Assembly: GCA_900617105.1 (NCBI GenBank)
Contig: UYFQ01000005.1
Location: 62,001 to 126,000 of the forward strand
Source of the DNA: Hydrurus foetidus
Taxonomy: Eukaryota
Length of the DNA stretch: 64,000 nt
Reading direction: 5' to 3'
Positions 41,812 to 51,075 of the stretch are shown one piece after another. The notes under the pieces were generated by a model, which was given only the letters and a program-made list of their open reading frames with translations, had not been told where the DNA came from and ran no database searches. Positions within the stretch are counted from its first letter, which is position 1; every line of letters begins with the position of its first letter. The position numbers and the translations under genes were made by a program.

Positions 41812-43000
41812 TCACCAGCGACCCCGCAACTCCCGCTTCAAAACCTTTCCAATCGGACTGCGGGGAAGTTCGTCCAATACCTTGAGGGCCGATAGGCGCT
41901 ACGTCTTGCCAACCTGCCCGTTTACCCACTGCATCACCTCCTTGTCGCGATCATCCTCCCCGGCCCGGAGCACGACGCACGCCACCGGCGTCTCACCCCA
42001 TTCACGGGACGGCACCCCTATCACTGCGGCCTCCACCACATCGGGATGCAACATCAACACGGCCTCGAGGTCACTGGGGTAAATGTTAAAACCTCCGCTG
42101 ATGATCATGTCCTTACGGCGGTCCAGCAGGATTAAGAAGCCGTCGGCATCGAAGCGCCCAACATCACCGGTGCGGATGAAGCGCAGGCCCTGGGGGCTGT
42201 ACCATTCGACCTCTGCGGTCTTGGCTGCCTGCTTGTGGTAACCACTCGTCATGCCACTTGAGCGCCCCACCACCTCACCAGTCGCGCCGAGGGGCAACTC
42301 CCGGGCATGCTCGTCGATCAGCCGAATGTCATGTCCCTCAGCAGGTTGGCCCACGGTATGCAGTTTGTCAGGGCGCATGTGGGCATGCAGGATGCAGGTT
42401 CCGCCCCCCTCAGTCATACCGTAATACTCCATGAGTCCACCCTGCCAGCGGGCCAGCACTTGCGCTTTCAGGTCCGCTGAGAACGGAGCGCTTGTACACA
42501 GCTTCATGCGGAAACTGGAAAGGTCATGGCTATCAAAGTCAGGGCACTGCATCAGGCGCTGGTACTGGACCGGCACCAGCATGGTGTGGGTTGCACGGTA
42601 ACGCTGCGCTAACTGCAGGTAGTTTCGGACTTCGAACTTTGGCATCAACACCACACGGCCCCCGATCACCAAGGTGGGGATGAGCGCCACCAGGGTGGTA
42701 TTGGAATAGAGCGGGGTGGCCACAAGAGTGACGCAATCTGGCGCATAGCCGATGCTCGGTGCCCGCTGGATGTGAGCCCAGCGCATGGAGTGCGGCTGCA
42801 CGATGCCCTTGGGCGCTCCTGTGGTGCCCGAAGAGTAAATCAGGTTGAAGGCCACTGCGGCTCGATCGCTACAGCGTCTGGCCGCTGCGCGGCGGAGGCA
42901 AGCCAGGGTTCAATGCCCTCATCAAGAAGCAGCGCAGGGGGCAAGGTAGCGGCATCGATCTGTGCGTGTTGCCCGTGCAGCCCGCGGTCAGCCTGCCGCC
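41812..43000 (-). pseudogene. Acyl-CoA synthetase (AMP-binding) pseudogene
   Basis: IYSSGTTGAPKG, YGMTE, TGD; premature TAG at 41899-41901 before LPRSPIGKVLKRELR; frameshift near 42855; 5' end truncated (boundary approximate). Confidence 0.85.
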
Positions 43001-43293
43001 GATTGCGTTCATCACGCGTCGCCAGCTGGCGACAGTCGATGAGGACGTGAAAGCCTTTCGATCTGCGTTGAACGACGGATAGCCATTTCCCGCGCATGCG
43101 CCAAAGTACTCCATGGCTCCGGAGCATCTGAACCGACCCGTACAGCCCTGTCGCGCAGTTCGCCCAACACAATGTTGATGCTCACTCATTGACACGTTGG
43201 TCCGCTTCATAGACGGATGCCGTTTGGATCGCCAGATCCCAATCCGGCTCGCTTCGCACCCAGTCAAACTTAAACGCATCACCAGAGTCAGGC

Positions 43294-43407
43294 TTACTTC
43301 CGCGCTGGCGGCACATCCGCTCAACTGTCATGCGCAATCTCCACCGCCATGACAATGGTCTCACCCAGCGTGGGATGCGGGTGGATCGTCTTGCCGATGT
43401 CCACCAC
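43294..43407 (-). pseudogene. lpdA: lpdA C-terminal fragment B
   Basis: VVDIGKTIHPHPTLGETIVMAVEIAHDS*ADVPPARK*, includes the catalytic HPTLGE motif. Confidence 0.88.
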
Positions 43408-43415
43408 TGGACTGG

Positions 43416-43566
43416 TCATCACGCGAAGTCCGAGATACAGATTTGACTACCCACAAGCGGTGTTTCATTGCCTGGAGCTGAGCGTACTCGAATGACCTCT
43501 GTCAGTCGGCCAGTTGATCAGTCGCTTTGGCTGGGCTCGAGCCGCGCTTTGAATCCACGGGTAGAC
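43416..43566 (+). repeat. 151-bp repeat, internal copy
   Basis: TCATCACGCGAAGTCCGAG...TCCACGGGTAGAC; matches 45675-45825 and 49376-49525. Confidence 0.95.
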
Positions 43567-43966
43567 CATTGCCGACGTAGAGTTTGGCAACGCGTATGTC
43601 TCTGACGCAGCGAGAGCCGACAACCGCGACCGGCCGGATACTGGAAGTCCAATGCGTTGCAGGTCAGAAGTCATTGATGATTTTCGCGTATGCCGCGACT
43701 GCTGACGCTCACCGATTGAAACTGAGCACCCGGTTTGGGCCAGGAGCGGAAAGCTACGGCGGTCGGGTTTATGGCAAGCCGATGCGGGTATGAACTGCTT
43801 TAGCTTGGCGGCTGAGAAAGTCCCTCCTGCGTTATTGCAGTGGGTATTGGAATCTATCGGTGTAGTCGTCCAGTACCCTGGCAACCTTGAGCGCAAGTGC
43901 GTTCTGTTTAGCAGGTCCGCAGCGGAGCATCTAGGTCAACTGCCATGAAGACACTCTGATGCAGGT

Positions 43967-44305
43967 TCAGACCTTTTTCGCCCAAGCACTGCACCAACCC
44001 TTGCCCGACACCAACTTGCCGCCAAACACGGCGCAGGCGGCGGAGGCGTCCGTTGCCTTGCCTTGGAACAATACGCAGCCCGAGCAGCTCTGAGTCGCAG
44101 CGTAGTTCGGGTACTTTGCCTTGTCCGTTTTACTGCCGTCGGTTTTGTATCCCAGTGCCAAGGCTTGCGGGTCCGCATCCGACACCGCAGCTAGCGCTTG
44201 AGCATGCGCTGCGCCACTCATCGCCAGCGCGGAAAAGGCCGTTGCACCCGAGATGGACTGCAGGAAGAAGGTTCTGCGAGAGCTTGTCATGGATGTGTCT
44301 TTCAT
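43967..44305 (-). CDS. High-potential iron-sulfur protein (HiPIP)
   Basis: Tat signal SRRTFF; ALGY...CSGC.LF...C.VF...GWCSAW. Confidence 0.92.
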   Translation of the reverse strand: MKDTSMTSSRRTFFLQSISGATAFSALAMSGAAHAQALAAVSDADPQALALGYKTDGSKTDKAKYPNYAATQSCSGCVLFQGKATDASAACAVFGGKLVSGKGWCSAWAKKV

Positions 44306-44308
44306 GGC

Positions 44309-45316
44309 TTATTGCTGCTTCGCGCCTTCGGTCAAGCGACGACCGAGAGAAATCACATAGGGCGCGGCACGCGCAGGCAGCATAGGGTCAGCCGAAGCTT
44401 CGACACCTTTGGGCATGACCATCGGGTTGTAATTGATCGTCAGGCACGGGCCACCGCCGTCTTCGGAAACGGACGTCACTTTGAGCTGTCCCAAATTGAC
44501 TTTCTTGCGACCCTCAGGCAAGGGCACCGTGGCGCTATCGAGCCTGTCGCCAGGCTGCGCCAGCTCCAAATTGAAGTTAAACGCCACCTTGCCGTCTTTC
44601 ACACGCTGGCGGAGATCTTCAAATAAAAAGCTCGGGCCTTTGTCCTTGGCTTCGTCATCCGTCAAACCTTGCAAACCACCTACGGGCTCAAAAATCCACT
44701 TGCCAAACTGCTTCGCGCCATTGGCATTGACAAAGCCATAGGCATGCACACCCCAGTAATTCACGCTGCCATAGCTGGCGGGCACGGGCTGAGAAGCGAA
44801 ATGCTTACCTATCAGTAAGATTTCAGGGTTGGCATCATTGAAGGCTTTGACTTTGGCCGGGTCAGGCATTTTGGTCGCAGGATCAGCTTCACGCGAGGCT
44901 ACCAAACCTAAAAATTGCTGAGGCGTCGACGCACCAAACACGGGCGAAGAGATATTGCCCATCAACCACTGCTCGCCGCCGGGCAAGTTAAATTGCAGTG
45001 CCAGATTGCGCTGAGATTTGGCGTTGTCGGGGGCTTTGGGGTTCGCTCCGCCGACAGAAAAACGCACGACGACAGGAATCGGCCGGCCACTGAACACAGA
45101 GGCCGTAGAAAGCGCCCTCGCGTCCGGCGTGCCCACAAATTCTCCCGTCGCGCAAATTCCCTTCGCACCGGAGCGCCGATAGCCCTCAAACTTGCCATTG
45201 GTGGCCTCGAATTGGTTGATGAATACGGATGGATCGACAGCTGGTGCTTGCGCGCCCGCGTTGAGCGCCAACATCGACGTGGCCAAGGCCAAACTGTTCA
45301 GAATCAAGGGCTTCAT
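44309..45316 (-). CDS. Catalase-related peroxidase (SrpA-like), secreted
   Basis: Signal peptide; RRSGAKGIC, VRFSVGG, DPMLPARAAPY. Confidence 0.85.
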   Translation of the reverse strand: MKPLILNSLALATSMLALNAGAQAPAVDPSVFINQFEATNGKFEGYRRSGAKGICATGEFVGTPDARALSTASVFSGRPIPVVVRFSVGGANPKAPDNAKSQRNLALQFNLPGGEQWLMGNISSPVFGASTPQQFLGLVASREADPATKMPDPAKVKAFNDANPEILLIGKHFASQPVPASYGSVNYWGVHAYGFVNANGAKQFGKWIFEPVGGLQGLTDDEAKDKGPSFLFEDLRQRVKDGKVAFNFNLELAQPGDRLDSATVPLPEGRKKVNLGQLKVTSVSEDGGGPCLTINYNPMVMPKGVEASADPMLPARAAPYVISLGRRLTEGAKQQ

Positions 45317-45674
45317 GTCGTGATCTCCTAGGGTTGTACGAAAAGCTATCGGATATAGCCCTTACGTCCCGTCAGTCGATCTGGATTCGGGTTTCTTACA
45401 ATCCCCGAGGAAAGTTTGCTGAAAAGGCACGACTTCACACAATTCCAAGATTGACCGGTTCAAGCAACAGGTCCTACGCGCTTTCGTTGCCACGCAATCA
45501 ACTCTATGTAAACACCACTCATTCTGAGGCCACACGGTTCACCCGCGTCGGTGGCCCGCGTGCCCGGCTATGACAGCGCCAATGGCCGGTTTGGAGGAGA
45601 CAGATCGCAATGTGCTATACCGCTTTGGGCCTCTTGCCGACCGCCAGCTCTAAATGCTGTATGACCGCACCTGC

Positions 45675-45825
45675 TCATCACGCGAAATCCGATATGCAGA
45701 TTTGACTACCCACAAGCGGTGTTTCATTGCCTGGAGCTGAGCGTACTCGAATGACCTCTGTCAGTCGGCCAGTTGATCAGTCGCTTTGGCTCGGCTCGAG
45801 CCGCGCTTTAAATCCACGGGTAGAC
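45675..45825 (+). repeat. 151-bp repeat, unit 1 right-end copy
   Basis: Start of a ~770-bp direct repeat (45675-46444 versus 49376-50144). Confidence 0.95.
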
Positions 45826-45952
45826 GCTGAGTTTTGCCAAATTCTGTCGTCAGTGAGCAAGAGTCCCAGGGGAATTGTTGAACGTATCAAAGTCCCGATA
45901 AACTGACCTTGATTCCAAAGCTCACAACCTGTCTCTGCCCGACCTCATTCCC

Positions 45953-46444
45953 ATGCCCATCAAAGACATCCCCGCCGAGGCACGCCCGCGCGAGAAGTTG
46001 CTCTCCCGCGGCCCCGGTTCGCTCAGTGATATCGAATTGCTCGCGATATTGCTGCGTACCGGCATTCAAGGCAAGGGGGTGTTGCAAATGGCGGAAGAAT
46101 TACTTCAACTCAAAAATGATAGCACCTCACGCAAGCCCGACCATATTCAGGGCGGTTTTGGAGGAATAGCCGGACTGCTGCATGCTACCGCCGACGACCT
46201 CAAACGCGTCAAAGGATTGGGCCCGGCCAAGCGCGCCGAGATTATGGCCGTGCTGGAACTGGCCCGCCGTGCCATGGCGCAGAAGCTGCAGGAGCGCGAG
46301 GTGTTTGCCGACCCCAACGCAGTGAAGCATTACATGCAACTCTATCTGGCGAACAAGCAGCATGAGGTGTTTGCGGTGCTGTTCCTAGACAGCCAAAACA
46401 AGTTGCTGGCGATGGAAGAATTGTTTCGTGGAACTTTGACCCAA
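45953..46444 (+). pseudogene. radC: Unit-borne radC 5' half, truncated by unit 2
   Basis: [17 protein letters not shown]...FRGTLTQ, then runs into the left-end repeat. Confidence 0.92.
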
Positions 46445-46558
46445 CTCAGTGTTACTTTATTGCAAAAATATTTTGGCTGGTTTCGGCATTTCACAGCTAC
46501 CCAGTCCGAGAGCCAACGTTGGTCGCGGACTCCTTCGTGCCCATAGCGGTCGATCGCG
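46445..46558 (+). repeat. Left-end repeat, copy 2
   Basis: Near-identical to 33584-33697. Confidence 0.95.
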
Positions 46559-46635
46559 AGTGTCGGTTATGGTGTGGGTATGTCACGACAGCGGCCAACT
46601 AGGGGCGTAGTCGGCCCATCTGAAAAAACTGCAGG

Positions 46636-48129
46636 CTACAGCAGCCCCAGGTTAGAAGCCTTGAGCGTTGCTGCCGCCCGGCTTTTGCAATCGAGCTTGC
46701 GAAAAACATTTTCACAGTGAGCCCGCACCGTGGACGGGCTAATGCCCAATACGCGGGCCGCTTCCTTGTTACTTTGGCCTTGGCTAATACATTGCAATAC
46801 CTCGCATTCGCGCCCAGTCAAAAGGTTTTGGGTGGGTCGTGGTTCTGGCTCAGAGGCACCTCCGCCGAAGATGCAAGCCAGCAGCGCGTCCGTGATTTTT
46901 GGATCGAACCTACCCAGCGAAGTCTGCCTTTGCAAGTGCTCCAAGGCACCAGCCCGGTCCATGGCAGCTCGCCACGGCCTGGGCGACTGCAAGGCCAGCC
47001 AGGTGCTGACCACCGGCAGCACCCGATTCACAGGCGGCGTGGCAGCGTTGCGCGCAGCGCGGTAATAGCCGCTACCGTCCAAGCGCTCGTAGGCGTGCGA
47101 CGCAATATCAGCCTCCACTTCCAGCGATTTGATTTGGCCGGCAACCCGGGCCGTCCAATACGGGTTCAAGCGCACGCGCTCCCAGTCCGCATTGGTCAGC
47201 GGCCCAGCGCGATTCCAAACCGCATTGGGAATAGCAACGCGACCCATGCCGTGCAGCAATGCTGCGCGCGCCACGCGGGTCTGATCGGTCTGGGGCAACC
47301 CCGCATGGGCAGCGACCGTTGCGGCCAATTGGGCCACCCTGCGCGAATGGCCCGTCAACCAAGGCAGCTTCAAGTCAATGGCATCGGCCAGGAGCGACAA
47401 ATCCACCATCGCGTCAGCCAATATTGCACTTGCCGGCTGGGTAAAGTCGCCTTGAATGTTCAGCTCGTCCAACCAGGGTTGCATGCGGCTGGAGACAAAC
47501 ATCGCCAGCTCACGGGGATAGGCCGCACCAGCGCGCATTTGCAACAACGCTTGCGCGCGTTCGAAGCCGTACTCGCGGCTCAGAATTTCAACGTCGCCAC
47601 AAAGCACCACCAGAAAAACCGCCAGCGGAATGGCATCGCCCTGGATGCCGCTTGGATAACCCTTGCCATCCCAAGTTTCAAACAGACAGCCCAAGGCTGT
47701 GGTGACCGGCTCACCAAGCCCCAGGGCTTGGGCGATGACCACCGAAACCTCACAGTGGATGGCACTAAATTCGCGGGTGTGGTGGTCCACCTTGTGGGGT
47801 GAAATCAGCAAGCCCACGTCTTGGGGCCGCAGCGCCAACACGGCCCCGCGCCCAAGTACATCGTCGGTAATCGCCGCAGACACGTCGCTGGCATTGGCCG
47901 TGCAACCCACCCAGCGCAAGATCGCTGTTTGGTACACCCATTCACAGGCCAGCGCATCGAGCCCCAGCTCCAAACCGGCGCGCTGCGCCAGCCAGGCCAC
48001 ACGCCTTGAATGGTCTGAGGGTTGCCCCATGCTCAGGTCGCCCATGAAGGCGAGCGCCGTCAAAGCATCGGCAACCGCAATGGGGGTGGCAATGGGCATG
48101 GGCAGGGGCATTCGTATGGACTTGTGCAT
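46636..48129 (-). CDS. HD/HD-GYP-like domains fused to a LuxR HTH regulator
   Basis: ETWDGKGYP, HAYERLDGSGY; C-terminal LTGRE.EVL...SNKEAA..LGISPSTV; true start may be slightly downstream. Confidence 0.85.
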   Translation of the reverse strand: MHKSIRMPLPMPIATPIAVADALTALAFMGDLSMGQPSDHSRRVAWLAQRAGLELGLDALACEWVYQTAILRWVGCTANASDVSAAITDDVLGRGAVLALRPQDVGLLISPHKVDHHTREFSAIHCEVSVVIAQALGLGEPVTTALGCLFETWDGKGYPSGIQGDAIPLAVFLVVLCGDVEILSREYGFERAQALLQMRAGAAYPRELAMFVSSRMQPWLDELNIQGDFTQPASAILADAMVDLSLLADAIDLKLPWLTGHSRRVAQLAATVAAHAGLPQTDQTRVARAALLHGMGRVAIPNAVWNRAGPLTNADWERVRLNPYWTARVAGQIKSLEVEADIASHAYERLDGSGYYRAARNAATPPVNRVLPVVSTWLALQSPRPWRAAMDRAGALEHLQRQTSLGRFDPKITDALLACIFGGGASEPEPRPTQNLLTGRECEVLQCISQGQSNKEAARVLGISPSTVRAHCENVFRKLDCKSRAAATLKASNLGLL

Positions 48130-48241
48130 AAAACGATTATGTGTGCGGGGTCAGCAACGCGGCATCGGACATTTGACCGATACCGCCCAAAGCCTTGCGA
48201 ACCTAGGATTGAGCCCTCAACAACCAACGGGCACACAAACC

Positions 48242-49210
48242 ATGAAAACCCCTTCACAAGCCACTATTCGCACCATTCTCCAACTCTCGTTGGCGGCAAC
48301 CACCCTCACGCTGGCCAGTGCGGCCCATGCGTCTAATGATTGCGAGCAAGTCAAGCCCAGCATAAGCACCACCGCGTTCACCACCGAAACCGCCATGGCG
48401 ACAGACTCCGTGTGCCTACGCTCCTTTGCATGGCAGCCCGCGCAAACCCCGGTGCGGGGTGTGGTGGTGATTACGCACGGCATACGCGACTACGCGCTGC
48501 GCTACCAACGCTTTGCCGATCAACTGACCAAACAGGGTTTTGCCGTGTACGCGCAGGATCTGCGGGGTCACGCCCACTCGGGGGGTGAGCGCCAGCGTTT
48601 TGATTCCATGGCGCGCATGGTGCAAGACACCGATATGGTCGTCAGCACCGCCAAGGCGCGCTACCCCAATGCACCGCTCTTTGTCTATGGGCACAGCCTG
48701 GGCGGCTTGCTCACCAGCGGCTATGCGCTTGACCACGCCGACAAACTGAGTGGCGTGATTCTGAGTGGCGCAGCGCTTCAACGGCCCCACAGCGTATCGG
48801 GTTTCAGCGCTGCTGTTGCGCGCATTGTGGCGTCTGTGGCACCCGGTTTGAAGGTGGTTCAAGTGGACGACAGCGAGTTCTCCAAGGACAAAAGCGTGAT
48901 GGCCGCTTTGGCAATTGACCCGCTCATCACCCGTGACAAACTGCCAGCGGCCACAGCCGCCGCATCGCTCAGTGGGATTGCCGATGTGCAGCAGCGCATG
49001 GGGCAATTGAAGCTACCGCTTTTGGTGATGTACGGCACGGCTGACAGCGTCAATCCCATCGAAGGTAGCCAAGCATTTGTTCAGGCGGTAGCCAGTACCG
49101 ACAAGACCTTGAAGGCTTACCCAGGGGTCTACCACGACATGCTGAACGAACCCGAGCGCGATCAAATTGCGGCAGATGTCATTGCGTGGTTGGTCGCGCG
49201 GACCAAGTAG
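48242..49210 (+). CDS. Secreted alpha/beta hydrolase (lysophospholipase/monoacylglycerol lipase-like)
   Basis: Signal peptide, DLRGH, GHSLGG, D...YHDMLNE. Confidence 0.9.
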   Translation: MKTPSQATIRTILQLSLAATTLTLASAAHASNDCEQVKPSISTTAFTTETAMATDSVCLRSFAWQPAQTPVRGVVVITHGIRDYALRYQRFADQLTKQGFAVYAQDLRGHAHSGGERQRFDSMARMVQDTDMVVSTAKARYPNAPLFVYGHSLGGLLTSGYALDHADKLSGVILSGAALQRPHSVSGFSAAVARIVASVAPGLKVVQVDDSEFSKDKSVMAALAIDPLITRDKLPAATAAASLSGIADVQQRMGQLKLPLLVMYGTADSVNPIEGSQAFVQAVASTDKTLKAYPGVYHDMLNEPERDQIAADVIAWLVARTK

Positions 49211-49292
49211 AACCCACACATACCAGTCGAACCATAAGTGCCAACGGCCGATATGGAGCGGGCAAATCGCAGGCCACTATGACCGGTAACGG

Positions 49293-49374
49293 TAAGGGTT
49301 GTAGGATGCCCGCCCACAGCGAAGCGCCACTGGAGTCACGATAACTCGTGAGGGTGGGCATCCTACAACCCTTA
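49293..49374. repeat. 23-bp-arm inverted repeat abutting the 151-bp repeat
   Basis: TAAGGGTTGTAGGATGCCCGCCC...GGGTGGGCATCCTACAACCCTTA, one mismatch. Confidence 0.9.
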
Positions 49375-49375
49375 A

Positions 49376-49525
49376 CATCATGCGAAGTCCGAGATGCAGA
49401 TTTGACTACTCACAAGCAGTCGTTCATTGCCTGGAGCTGAGCGTGCTCGAGTGACCTCTGTCAGGCGGCCAGTTGATCAGTCGCTTTGGCTCGGCTCGAG
49501 CCGCGCTTTAAATCCACGGGTAGAC
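49376..49525 (+). repeat. 151-bp repeat, unit 2 right-end copy
   Basis: Third copy, with several substitutions. Confidence 0.95.
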
Positions 49526-49652
49526 GCTGAGTTTTGCCAAATTCTGTCGTCAGTGAGCAAGAGTCCCAGGGGAATTGTTGAACCCATCAAAGTCCCGATA
49601 AACTGACCTTGATTCCAACGCTCACAACCTGTCTCTGCCCGACCTCATTCCC

Positions 49653-50372
49653 ATGCCCATCAAAGATATCCCCGCCGAGGCACGCCCGCGCGAGAAGTTG
49701 CTCTCCCGCGGCCCCGGTTCGCTCACTGATATCGAATTGCTCGCGATATTGCTGCGTACCGGCATTCAAGGCAAGGGGGTGTTGCAAATGGCGGAAGAAT
49801 TACTTCAACTCAAAAATGATAGCACCTCACACAAGCCCGACGATATTCAGGGCGGTTTTGGAGGAATAGCCGGACTGCTGCATGCTACCGCCGATGACCT
49901 CAAACGCGTCAAAGGATTGGGCCCGGCCAAGCGCGCCGAGATTGTGGCCGTGCTGGAACTGGCACGCCGGGCCATGGCGCAGAAGCTGCAGGAGCGCGAG
50001 GTGTTTGCCGACCCCAACGCGGTGAAGCATTACATGCAACTCTATCTGGCGAACAAGCAGCATGAGGTGTTTGCGGTGCTGTTCCTGGACAGTCAAAACA
50101 AGTTACTTGCGATGGAAGAATTGTTTCGGGGAACTTTGACGCAAAGCAGCGTCTACCCGCGTGAAGTGGTGCTGCGTGCCCTGCACCACCAAGCCACAGC
50201 CGTGGTGCTGGCCCACAACCACCCCAGCGGCTCGGTACAGCCCTCTCGCGCCGATGAGGCCATCACGCAGACGCTGAAAGCCGCCCTGGCGCTGCTCGAC
50301 ATCCGCGTGCTTGACCATGTGATCGTGGCACCAGGGGAAGCCTTGTCGATGGCTGAGCGAGGGTTGATGTGA
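49653..50372 (+). CDS. radC: Full-length RadC (JAB domain), apparently chimeric
   Basis: PREKLL...[13 protein letters not shown]...HNHPSG...S.AD...LDHVIV. Confidence 0.95.
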   Translation: MPIKDIPAEARPREKLLSRGPGSLTDIELLAILLRTGIQGKGVLQMAEELLQLKNDSTSHKPDDIQGGFGGIAGLLHATADDLKRVKGLGPAKRAEIVAVLELARRAMAQKLQEREVFADPNAVKHYMQLYLANKQHEVFAVLFLDSQNKLLAMEELFRGTLTQSSVYPREVVLRALHHQATAVVLAHNHPSGSVQPSRADEAITQTLKAALALLDIRVLDHVIVAPGEALSMAERGLM

Positions 50373-51058
50373 TGGTCGCCAAACTGTCCCCCAAGCCCCT
50401 CAAAGCCAGCTCGCTGCAAGACCTCAAGCAGATTCAAACCTCGCTCGCCCTGGCCCAAGCCAAAGCCGCTGCGGCTGAAGTCGTCCGCGTAGCACTCGCT
50501 CGCAAGGCTGAGGCCAATCAAAACCTCTTCGTTTTGGCCGCCGGTGCCGTGCAACGCTTACCAGATAAGCGTAACCAGCTCTTAAAAACAGAGCAACCCG
50601 AACCCATCCCCAAACAAAAGCTGAAGGATGAACAGGCGGTGATGCAAGAAGCCATCAGCGACGAGTTCGACATCACCACCCTGCTGGAAGTGGACGAAAC
50701 CCTGAGCTTTCGCCGCCCCGGCATCGGCACCGACGTGACCCGCAAGCTGCGCCGGGGCGACTGGTCGATCCAGCGCGAACTCGATCTGCACGGCCTGCGC
50801 CGCGAAGAAGCCCGCGATGCGCTCTCCCGCTTTGTCCGTGAAGCCTCCAAACTGGGCCTGCGCTGCGTGCGCATCGTGCACGGCAAAGGCTTGGGTTCGC
50901 CGGGCAAGGCTCCGGTATTGAAAAGCAAAGTGCAAAGCTGGCTGGTGCAAAAAGAAGAGGTACTGGCCTACGTGCAGGCCAAACCCTCGGATGGCGGCGC
51001 AGGGGCGCTGGTGGTACTGTTGCAGGGCAGCCCCATGCGGCACCACCCCTCACCTTAA
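50369..51058 (+). CDS. Smr/MutS2-domain protein
   Basis: LDLHG, IVHGKG, DGGAGAL. Confidence 0.92.
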   Translation: MMVAKLSPKPLKASSLQDLKQIQTSLALAQAKAAAAEVVRVALARKAEANQNLFVLAAGAVQRLPDKRNQLLKTEQPEPIPKQKLKDEQAVMQEAISDEFDITTLLEVDETLSFRRPGIGTDVTRKLRRGDWSIQRELDLHGLRREEARDALSRFVREASKLGLRCVRIVHGKGLGSPGKAPVLKSKVQSWLVQKEEVLAYVQAKPSDGGAGALVVLLQGSPMRHHPSP

Positions 51059-51075
51059 TCTTTCAGAAAGCCACT

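Larger units (their letters stand above)
33584..46444 (+). mobile_element. radC-inserted cargo unit 1 (12,861 bp, no integrase)
   Basis: Starts with the 114-bp left end; ends with the 151-bp repeat plus a replacement radC 5' half. Confidence 0.85.
46445..50144 (+). mobile_element. radC-inserted cargo unit 2 (3,700 bp, no integrase)
   Basis: Same left end and same right end plus radC 5' half as unit 1; constant 3,700-bp offset between the right-end copies. Confidence 0.88.

Noticed and set aside
47663..48241. N-terminal extension of the 515-aa hydrolase ORF
   Set aside because: Antisense to the HD-LuxR gene; the signal peptide starts at 48242
43416..49525. CRISPR array
   Set aside because: The repeats are 114-151 bp and kilobases apart; no cas genes
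45675..50144. radC duplication as an assembly artefact
   Set aside because: The copies differ at scattered positions (RKPDH/HKPDD, IMAV/IVAV, several changes in the 151-bp repeat) and all junctions fall at one codon. Long reads are still needed for proof.
33584..50144. Classical integron or attC cassette array
   Set aside because: No intI gene, and the 49293-49374 hairpin has its GTT/AAC-like boxes in the opposite order to attC; cargo units are multi-gene with their own regulators
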